NCBI RefSeq assembly: GCF_009914755.1
Contig: NC_060942.1
Direction: 5' to 3' (one strand)
Source of the DNA: the human T2T-CHM13v2.0 reference genome, Homo sapiens
DNA length: 64,000 nt
The stretch's first letter is position 1. Every line of letters begins with the position of its first letter. The notes under the pieces were generated by a model. It was not told where the DNA came from. It searched no databases and worked only from the letters and a program-made list of their open reading frames with translations. Position numbers and translations under genes: made by a program. This document shows, piece by piece, positions 47,753 to 64,000 of this stretch.

Positions 47753-48769
47753 GTAATGGTCAAATACATAGCAATAACTTATTGTTGCCATATTCTACAT
47801 GATAAATAACAGTATCAACGTGTCCAGACTTGATGGCCACTCTACAGTTTAAAAGCTCCTGCAGCCTTCTGGTGCACAAATTAGAGTGGCCAGCTATGAA
47901 AATTATTTTAAAGCTTATGATGACTTAGGTGTAAAGTCTAGGTGGTCTTGATCCAGAACAAAAATGAAGTCGGTCTGCTCTTCCATTTCCAAATTACAGA
48001 GCATAATTCATCCTTTGAAGCTACTGAACAGCAGGGACACTACACTGACGCCCTGAGACTTTTTTCTAAGTCATGCCCCACTGCAGCCACTGAGGCCTCC
48101 TCTGCCTAGGAGGGCCAGCTGTGGGCCTAGCTAGCCAGACGCTAGAGAAGGTTGACTATATTCCTTTAGCTCCCACATCAAGGCCACAGGGACAAGATGT
48201 AGACCTTCTCTCATGACAGGGAAGCTGGCAACCTCAAAGACTTGGTGGTTAGAAGAGGCAGGATATGGCGCGGGGGAATAAGAGAGCACCCTGTCCCTAC
48301 TGGACTCATGGCACCATGGCAAGGAGAGGGAAAGGGAGATGGAAGAGAAGAAAGGCAAGCATTTGCGCTCTCCTGTTAGATCCTCCTCACCTTCTCCTCT
48401 TTGAGACCAAACCTTGTGAGGGGAGAGTTTAGAACGTGCAGGTGATACATAGCATAGCTCAAGGTCAGAGGGTATCTGCCTACTTTCTATCTATAAACTG
48501 CTCACTTCTTATCTTCAAATCTGGAGGAAATGACTGTTATTAGGCAGAGGGAAACCCAAGTTCTCCTGAGAATCTCCCTTGTGAGAAGGAAGCTATCCAG
48601 AAAAACCCCTATGACTAGACCCAGAAGGTAAGAGCAGAATGCACAGTTGTTCAGACTGTGCACTGCACAAGAACACCACATATAAGGAGACAGTCGTTCA
48701 CATGAGAGACTGTTTATCATTGTAGATTTTGAATATTATATCTTTATCCACTTAAAAATGGGCAATTTG

Positions 48770-49125
<356 letters not shown>

Positions 49126-50075
49126 TTAACAAAATAAGTATACTTTGATCATTTTTGATGGATAGAAGAAAAAGACTTTCTCCAATAGTGTAGCATACAA
49201 TGATTCTTCATTGACTTGTGAAGACGGAATCAGTCAATAATCAGAGCCTGTTAATCAAATTCATTAAAATAAATATGTATTTTTAAGCAAGGAGCCGTTT
49301 TTGGTCTGAAGTACTGGTCAGTGAGCATCTTAAACATTTTTTAAACCCCTTACTGATATCAGTGCACTGACTAAATTTAATATTTCATAATTCAATTCTG
49401 TAATTTGCTGTTATAAAAATCATTAGTAAAAAACTAAGTACTGTTAAAATTGAGACGTTTGTTAAGTTCGTGTTATTTCTTAAAGTTAAAAACCTAATAT
49501 AAAAAACTAAACTATTATATAGTTGCCCCCAAGATGGCCAAAAAAAAAAAATTAATCATCAGGGTCAGAAAACAGAAAACAAAGCCACAAAGGATTACAA
49601 CTACTTTGATCGTTAAGTAAATCTTCAAAGAAAGCAAGTAAAATGTAAAAATAAAATGAAGCAACTCCAGAGAAGACTATAACAGGGCTGTATCATCGAT
49701 GAGAAGCACGTGATCAAACGCTTTGATTCCATGTCAACCGTAACTGATTGATTTCCAGAAAAACTAGAAGAAGATATTTTTTAAAGAGAATGCATTAAAC
49801 CAAATATGTTTTCTGCCCAGCCAAGTACACGGCCATGTGATTGAACATTAAAAGCCAGATTCTCTTGAAAACCCTTATTAGAAACATTCTGAAAGTAGTA
49901 CAGGTAGAAAGATTCAGAAACTTACTATACACAAGTTATTCCCAAGTAGAGAAAAGATATAAATAGATCCTCCTTATTTTATTCTATCTCATAGACTCTA
50001 TATTGTCTGTGTTGCAAACTCTCTAGGATAAAAAAATAATTAACTGAAGTGTGAGAATGGACATAAAGATTGTCA

Positions 50076-50452
<377 letters not shown>

Positions 50453-51215
50453 AGTAAAAATTGGGGGTAACAGTCTAAGCCATAGGGCAGAAACTAAGTG
50501 AAAATTCAAACAAAAAATGGTCACACTGAATGCACAATATACACGATACAGTTTTTTTCTGTAGACGATGTCTAGTGCTCAGAGGATTATGAGCTTTTAT
50601 GAATATGATAGTGGTAATTTTCTCCATTTGGCAGAAACAATAGCAAAATTTAATAACATTAAAACAGAACATTTACACAGAATATAAGGATCAATATGAA
50701 ATATTACACATTATTTAGGGAATAAAACACAAAACCACATAAAAGTGCAGTAGAAGTGGTGAATGAACTAACTTTGATAAGGTAAGAAATGTAAAATGCT
50801 ACACATCTGTTTTAGATAAAATCCCATAAGTAGCCACGTAGAGCAGGTAATTATTGCTTTACTTCTGGATTTCCAAGATGCAAATACTCTGTATGTGAGC
50901 ATATTGTGTGATTTTGCCCAGGAGATGACATGACTAATGAGAATTTGTGCCATTTTTCAAAGACTAATACCAAAACTAGATTAGTAAATACTTGAAAGGC
51001 CATGAATATGTCTAGAAAATAGAATAGACTGCAAGAGCAGAACCACAAAAAAATTCTAAGGCATCCTATATTTCTTGTTTCGAACATTTTTAAGCATGTC
51101 GGTGAACATTGCAGCAAAAACTTTTTTGTGACACTGAAATTTTCGTTAATATCCGAGAGCTACACAACTACTTTGGTGCTTCAGTGAATATTGGGGTGTA
51201 GTAAGAACACACTTG

Positions 51216-51850
<635 letters not shown>

Positions 51851-51869
51851 ATTAAAAAAAGAACACAAG

Positions 51870-52332
<463 letters not shown>

Positions 52333-52883
52333 CTACTTTCAGTTGTATTTGCTTGGTACTTATTTGGAATGATGGTTTAAGTAAAATTAATGTTATAGGC
52401 AAAGTGATGCAGTAACAAAAATTTAATGTACTAATGACCATGAAAGCATCAAAGGAATTGACAAGTTCTTTGAAGAAAAAATGCGGTAATATTTATTTTG
52501 AAAAATATGTTATTTAGGTGAAACAAATTGCAGAGTTTTCTGACACTGAAACCAACTTTTCAAAAGTAGAAAATACTGGAAAAAGGAGGAAGAACACTCA
52601 TTTTGATTACAGGTTGCACAATTTATGACCCAACTTTAGATTTCAAAATTAATTATTTTTGCCATATTAAATACAATAATATCCTTAAAAGAAAGTTGTA
52701 TAATATCAAAAAGCTAAATTATAGTCTTATAATTTTAAATCATACACAATTTGAAGATTATAATAAGCATTAATTTCTGCAACTAAAGTTAAATTTACAG
52801 TTGAAATTGGTGGATAAACATGGCAAGGAATGTTAAATTAATAGAATATCAACATGAAGAACTAATTAACGTGGGTGATTTTC

Positions 52884-53200
<317 letters not shown>

Positions 53201-53804
53201 TGATTTTCCAATACTATGAACCCTGTTGAAGAATTGCAATGTATTTGCAGCAATAACTTACCAGGCATATTTCTGAGCATTTTTGTTTTGTTTTGTTTTT
53301 AAATTTTGAATAAAGTTGGACTTTACTTAAAAATAATGTATCATCATTGATTCATTCATTGTAACAAATGTGCCATATACTACTGTAAGATGTTAATGAC
53401 AGAAAAGTTGGGTACGAAGGATACTGGAAGCTGTACCAGCTTCATGACTTTTCTGTAAATCTAAAACTATTCTCACATAGAACGTTTATTGAGAAGAAAA
53501 AAATAGAGAAATAGGCATGAATCCATGTTATTCTAGCACAAAATTTCCACTATTTAAACTTTTTGGTCTATTTTCTTTTCTTTTAATTGTTTTAAATGCC
53601 TCTACACACTCAAAACCATATACGTACATAATTGGGAAATTATTCTATATACAACGTTGTCTCATCATTTTGTATGTGATACTATTTTGTAAATATTTTC
53701 TTATTTTATCAATAACTCTATTAGAATATGCATATTTTATTTTAATTTAGGTAGATCTACAGGCTGGGACATGGAAATGGTATTAAGTAAAAAAGGCAAA
53801 TTGA

Positions 53805-54134
<330 letters not shown>

Positions 54135-54224
54135 AGCAATGTATGATTTTTTTAAACTCAACAATGTGCAGGCATTGCTTTCACATCCATTCCCTGCCCG
54201 TGACGGTCCATCCCTGCCCGTGAT

Positions 54225-54885
54225 GGACACTGTGGCCAGCTGTCCGGACTCCCCTTCAGAGATGAAGGCATTTCTCCCTCAGCTGCTGGGCATGGTCCCC
54301 TACAGGGATTGCTGCAGCTGAAGACAGCCACCTTGACCAAAGTCTCACTTCCTTCCTGGGATAATCTGTTCCCTCTTGGACCACTCTAGAGGGCCTCACA
54401 CTAGTTTAAGAAGCTCCATAGAGCTGGTGTGGCCTCCAATAAGCATCGCGTCCAGTAAGCATAGCAGCTTACCTTCACCCCCTGCACAGTCCTACTTTCT
54501 TGCCTTCCTGCCACAGGTGCTGATCTCAAAAGCATTCTCTAATAAAACCCCAGGCATGCTCATCTCCATTTCCCAGTCTGTTTCCTAAGAAACTCACTGT
54601 GACACTGCCTTTCCCCTAATCTGCCAGCTCAGAGAAATGACTTTGGCTACTGCATTTCCCAGGCTCCCTGACCCAGGAATCTGGCCAGAATAAGCCAATG
54701 GGAAATGACGACAGAAGGCAGGAGGGCGGGAAGAAGAGAGGAATCCAAATCCAGCTTCCCTGTCCTCCCTGCCCCACGTGGGACCCATGTGATGGCCGCA
54801 TCTCCCCAGGTTCCAGCCTCCACAGGGAACCCCTGGCTCCCAAGCTCTGATTTCACTCTCTTTTTCTTTTGCCCTTCCCGCCCTC
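54225..54885 (+). mobile_element. old ERVL-type LTR pieces (LTR16-like)
   Basis: GCAGCTGAAGACAGCCACCTTGACCAAAGTC...CTAATAAAACCCCAGGCATGC...CAGTCTGTTTCCTAAGAAAC..TGTGACA. Confidence 0.6.
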
Positions 54886-55367
54886 TGAGCATTTTTGTAA
54901 TTCACAAAATATATTTAACCCTGCCATTTTCAGTCACCTGTGGAGAACACAGCTTCTCAAAATTAAAATTTTTAAAACATTGCTCAAGGTCTACAATGTC
55001 ACTACAAAATCTAGTGAGCATTTCTAGAAATCGGTATCTTGGAGCGATTACGCATTGGAAACGCTACGCAGATTTTCAATGCAGAGATTTTTCAACCAAC
55101 TCTGACTTGATGAACCTAATTATTGTTACTGACCATTTACATTTTATGTTATCTTACGTTCATTTATTTGATGTGGATAACTTTTTTCACTTTTATTTTT
55201 CATAAAAATTGTATACTTAAGGTGGACACCATGGTGTTTGATATACATATACAGTGAGTGAATTACTACAGCTGGGGAAGCTGCCCAAAGACTGTGTGCA
55301 TTAGTCCTGTCATTGAGTTGCAGCACAAATTATGCAGATTTAGGCGTCCATTGGGAGTTTACCTAGA

Positions 55368-55667
55368 TTTTTTTTTTTTTTTTTTTGAGATGGAGTCTCG
55401 CTCTGTCACCCAGGCTGGAGTGCAGCAGTGTGATCTTGGCTCACTGCAACCTTCACCTCCCAAGTTCAAGTGATTCTCTGCCTCAGTCTCTCAAGCAGCT
55501 GAGATTACAGGCACCTGTCACCATGCCCAGCTAATTTTTGTATTTTTGGTAAAGATGGGGTTTCACCAAATTGGCCAGGCTGGTCTCTAACTCCTGGCCT
55601 CAAATAATCCACCCGCCTCGGCCTCCCAAAGTGCTGGGATTACAGTCATGAGCCACCGCACCCAGCC
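55368..55667 (-). mobile_element. Alu (AluS-like)
   Basis: antisense dimer; TSD TTTACCTARATTT. Confidence 0.94.
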
Positions 55668-56601
55668 TTTACCTAAATTTTATTAACCAGTGAGAGCCAA
55701 GGTAGGAGCCGGCCAGCAAGAAGTGATGGTCGACGCTTTCTGGAAGCATCTCTTAGGCCAAAAGAATAGTCCAGATTCTTTCCCCGTGGATTTCAGCACC
55801 AGAGGCCCCCAAAGACCCAAGGTATCCCTCTGCAAAGAAGCCACGGTGAGCTCCTCCACTAACACAGATGCTCTCGCAGGAGGAGAAATTGGGTGTGGGG
55901 AGAGCCTCTGAGACTGAATATGTTACAGAGAACGAATAAACATTTCCTAAGTTGACTGGATGGAACTGAATGAAATTTTGACTCCCTCCCCTAGTACGCA
56001 AATGATGAGCTACAAACAAAACAGATGTTTATGATGGACACCTGAATGGTGGTGTGAACAGGTCTGCACCCCCTCTACACTTCCATGGACAAGGGACGCC
56101 CCACTTTCTCTGAATCAGCCTAGAAGGAGGGTCCTCCTAAGACTGACCACTGTCCACCCTGAGAGCCACCATCAGTCAACCTGGCTGATTCATATGTCTT
56201 GATTTTCTCCCAAATATACTGAGGGATCATGAAGATTTTCGCCACATGGGGCTGAAAGAAGAAAATGGCAATGACAGAAAACTTGACTAAAAATCGATAA
56301 AACCATTTATTCTTGCGCAGCTCTTTGCATTCTGTTGACCATGACAAACTGAGTCAGCGGTCCATATTATAATTTTTTTTATTATACTTTAAGTTTTAGG
56401 GTACATGTGCAGTGCACAATGTGCAGGTTTGTTACATATGTATACATGTGCCATGTTGGTGTGCTGCACCCATTAACTCGCCATTTAACATTAGGTATCT
56501 CTCCTAATGCTATCCCTCCCCACTCCCCCCACCTCACAACAGGCCCCGGTGTGTGATGTTCCCCTTCCTGTGTCCATGTGTTCTCATTGCTCAATTCCCA
56601 C

Positions 56602-60421
<3,820 letters not shown>

Positions 60422-60484
60422 TATGATGTTAGCTGGTTATTTTGCTCGTTAGTTGATGCAGTTTCTTCCTAGCCTCGATGGTCT

Positions 60485-61498
60485 TTACAATTTGGCATGT
60501 TTTTGCAGTGGCTGGTACCGGTTGTTCCTTTCCATGTTTAGTGCTTCCTTCAGGAGCTCTTTTAGGGCAGGCCTGGTGGTGACAAAATCTCTCAGCATTT
60601 GCTTGTCTGTAAAGCATTTTATTTCTCCTTCACTTATGAAGCTTAGTTTGGCTGGATATGAAATTCTGGTTTGAAAATTCTTTTCTTTAAGAATGTTGAA
60701 TATTGGCCCCCACTCTCTTCTGGCTTGTAGAGTTTCTGCCAAGAGATCAGCTGGTAGTCTGATGGGCTTCCCCTTGTGGGTAACCTGACCTTTCTCTCTG
60801 GCTGCCCTTAACATTTTTTCCTTAATTTCAATTTTGGTGAATCTGACAATTATGTGTCTTAGAGTTGCTCTTCTCAAGGAGTATCTTTGTGGCATTCTCT
60901 GTATTTCCTGAATCTGAATGTTGGCCTGCGTTGCTAGATTGGGGAAGTTCTCCTGGATAATATCCTGCAGTGTTTTCCAACTTGATTCCATTCTCCCCGT
61001 CACTTTCAGGTACACAAATCAGATGTAGATTTGGTCTTTTCACGTAGTCCCATATTTCTTGGAGGCTTTGTTCGTTTCTTTTTATTCCTTTTCCTCTAAA
61101 CTCCTCTTCTTGCTTCATTTCATTCATTTGATCTTCCATCACTGATACCCTTTCTTCCAGTTGATTGAATCAGCTACTGAGGCTTGTGCATTCGTCACAT
61201 AGTTCTCGTGCCATGGTTTTCAGCTCCATCAGGTCCTTTAAGGACTTCTTTGCATTGGTTATTCTAGTTAGCCATTCGTCTAATCTCTTTTCAAGGTTTT
61301 TAACTTCTTTGCCATGGGTTCGGACTTCCTCCTTTAGCTCAGAGTAGTTTGATCATCTGAAGCCTTCTTCTCTCAATTTGTTAAAGTCATTCTCCTTCCA
61401 GCTTTGTTCTGTTGCTGGTGAGGAGTTGCATTCCTTTGGAGAGGAGAGGTGCTCTGATTTTTAGAATTTTCAGTTTTTCTGCTCTGTTTTTTCCCCAT
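60485..61498 (-). pseudogene. L1 ORF1 (frameshifted)
   Basis: ATGGGGAAAAAACAG start at 61498; fragments EQSLQEIWDYVKRPNL and ARREWGPIFNILKEKNF...PLQKHAKL. Confidence 0.93.
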
Positions 61499-62072
61499 CT
61501 TTGTGGTTTTATCCACTTTTGGTCTTTGATGATGGTGACGTACAGATGGGGTTTTGGTGTGGATGTCCTTTCTGCTTGTTAGTTTTCCCTCTAACAGTCA
61601 TGACCCTCAGCTGCAGGTCTGTTGGAGTTTGCTGGAGGTCCACTCCAGACCCTGTTTGCCTGGGTATCAGCAGCAGAGGCTGCAGAACAGTGGATATTGG
61701 TGAACAGCAAATATTGCTGCCGATCGTTCCTCTGGAAGTTTTGTCCCAGAGGAGTACCTGGCTGTGTGAGATGTCAGTCTGCCCCTACTGGGGGGTGCCT
61801 CCCAATTAGGCTACTCAGGGGTCAGGGACCCACTTGAGGAGGCAGTCTGTCCGTTCTCAGATCTCCAGCTGCATGCTGGGAGAACCACTACTCTCTTCAA
61901 AGCTGTCAGACAGGGACATTTACGTCTGCAGAGGTTTCTGCTGCCTTTTGTTTGGCTATGCCCTGCCCCCAGAGGTGGAGTCTACAGAGGCAGGCAGGCC
62001 ACCTTGAGCTGTGGTGGGCTCCACCCAGTTCGAGCTTCCCGGCCGCTTTGTTTACCTACTCAAGCCTTGGCA

Positions 62073-62336
62073 ATGGCAGGCACCCCTCCCCCAGCCTCAC
62101 TGCCACCTTGCAGTTTGATCTCAGACTGCTGTGCTAGCAATAAGTGAGGCTCCGTGGGCGTAGGACCCTCCGAGCCAGGCGCGGGATACAATCTCCTGGT
62201 GTGCCGTTTTATAAGACCATTGGAAAAGCTCAGTATTAGGGTGGGAGTGACCCAATTTTCCAGGTGCTGTCTGTCACCCCTTTCCTTGGCTAGAAAAGGG
62301 AATTCCCTGACCCCTTGTGCTTCCCGGTTGAGGTGA
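62073..62336 (+). pseudogene. L1 antisense ORF0 relic with premature stop
   Basis: MAGTPPPASLPPCSLISDCCASNK then TGA at 62145-62147, same frame continues VGVGPSEPGAGYNLLV...RVGVTQFSRC. Confidence 0.85.
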
Positions 62337-63109
62337 TGCCTTGCTGTGCTTCGGCTCATGCTCAGTGCACTGCACCCACTGTCCTGCACCCACTTTCTGA
62401 CACTCCCCAGTGAGATGAACCAAGTACCTCAGTTGGAAATGCAGAAATCATTCATCTTCTGCGTTGCTCACACTAGGAGCTGTAGACTGGAGCTGTTCCT
62501 ATTCGGCCATCTTAGCTCCACCCCTCTATGATTTTTATTAATCTCATTTTAGAAACATTTATCTAAATAACATTTATTCAGAGACAGGAAATTAAACTGT
62601 GCACATTTGTAGACATACTCTTCCTCCTGAAATCTCACTAAGAGGATAATAATGGGCTTGGGTTTATTTTTAAAGAAAATAATCCCACAAGGATGGAAAA
62701 GGAGACAACATCATTTAGATACTAGAAGCAGATGGAAGAGTTATACACGACCCAGTAAACCCAAGGAAATTTACTTAAGCCAGCCATAGAGAAAGCTGAG
62801 AAGCAACATGATAGACAGCACAAAAGCCACCAAAGGACCCAGGAATTGCAGTCCAGATACTGCTAGAAGCAAGAGATAAATAGGAGAACTGGTTGCTGTA
62901 CGTTTCATTAAAAAAAAAAAAATCCCAACCCTCCTCTGATTTTATGCAGTAGAAACTCCCCCTCTTCCATCTCAACATAAGACAGGGGTTTACTCTCTAA
63001 GCCAGTAAAACAGAGGGTCTCTCTAACAGAATTGAGTGTCCAGAAGTAGAGATGTGTGTATTTGAATTTATGACAGAGGCAGCATTGCAGTACAAGCCCA
63101 CTTTTCCCC

Positions 63110-63760
63110 ATCTGATCACTGTAAAGTTGTATTTCATTGGAGGTTGAGCACCTTTTCGTCAGATAACTGACATTTGGGATTCCTCTTTTGTAAAATGCTT
63201 GTTCAAGTATTTTGCCCATTTTTTTAAAAACTGGGTGGTCTTTTTCTTATTAATGTATGATCATTCTTTATATATTCTAGATGGACAGAAATTCTTTATT
63301 TTAAATGTAGTCAACTTATTGCACTTTTCTGTATGACTAGAGCTCTTTGTGTCTTGTACAACAAATCAGGAAGATTTTTTTTCAAAGAAATTTGTAAATC
63401 TTTTATAGTTTTGTCTTTTCATGTAAGCTTTAATCCACCTGGAATTTATTCTGATGGATGGCGTGAGATGGGGGCCTAATTTCATTTTGTGGCCATATGG
63501 ATGCCCAATTCTCCTAGAGCTGTTCTTTAAAAATATAGCCTTTGTGGCTATATTTTATATACTCTCGTATTTTACTAGGGCATCTAGAGTTCTTGCCAGT
63601 TCTTGCCTCACTGTTGTATGGTACACCTCTGCCACAAACCAAACATCCACATCTATGTTTCTGGGAACTTTTTCCTGTCCTGTTTGTTAATCTATTCCTG
63701 TATCAGTACTGCACTGTTGTAATTAGTTTTAGTAATTAGTTTGTAATAATAACTTTAATA
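63110..63760 (-). mobile_element. ancient L1M ORF2 fragment
   Basis: GAGGTTGAGCACCTTTTC, TTTTGCCCATTTTTT, TTTAATCCACCTGGAATTTATT. Confidence 0.7.
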
Positions 63761-63934
63761 TTTGTGCAGATCAGGTGCGGGACCCTAACCCATGCCCAGT
63801 TGCTTGTGTTGCAAGCTTCCTAAGCTAATGCGGGCAAGCAGAACTCTTAGGTAAATAATGGTAGCCACCAAAATGTTTGAGGTGAGTCAAGATTGCCTAC
63901 AGTTAGTGCTAAACTATCATGAAAACAAGTCTTG

Positions 63935-64000
63935 CTGGGTGCTGTGGCTCACGCCTGTAATCCCAACACCTTGGGAGGCCCGAGGCAGGCAGATCATGTA
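63935..64000 (+). mobile_element. Alu 5' end (runs off window)
   Basis: GCTGGGTGCTGTGGCTCACGCCTGTAATCCC. Confidence 0.9.

Noticed and set aside
54705-55205. 166-aa ORF as a domesticated transposase gene
   Set aside because: N-terminal part is LTR-derived, only the hATC motif is transposase-like, and upstream transposase parts are stop-ridden
55792-55812. REST/NRSE left half TTCAGCACC
   Set aside because: Right half GGACAG is absent

Overview
Primate (human-like) genomic DNA dominated by transposable elements. There is no intact protein-coding gene, rRNA, tRNA or CRISPR array. Main landmarks: (1) a full-length older L1PA (about L1PA11-13, + strand, 11072-18685) with its TSD, an AluY insertion and an internal templated duplication; (2) a processed AKR1B1 (aldose reductase) pseudogene (28761-30344) interrupted by an AluSc-type element and inserted into an old L1; (3) a deeply nested L1/ERV1-LTR/Alu stack at 33-37 kb; (4) a near-complete but shattered hAT DNA-transposon fossil (Arthur1-like, about 48630-55353) with recognisable TTF zinc-finger and hATC dimerisation motifs; (5) a full-length L1PA4-like element (- strand, 56372-62526) that keeps the 5'UTR segment bound by ZNF93 and has a broken ORF0. 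About 35 Alu copies or fragments, MaLR/ERVL LTRs, MER MITEs, L2 and MIR fill most of the rest. Most ORFs in the supplied track are Alu, L1 or microsatellite artefacts. I found no convincing evidence of a new multi-gene biological system. The notable observations are local rearrangement scars, TE archaeology, a CpG-retaining candidate regulatory region and a few candidate non-coding exons. Repeat subfamily names come from recalled consensus motifs, not from a RepeatMasker run.
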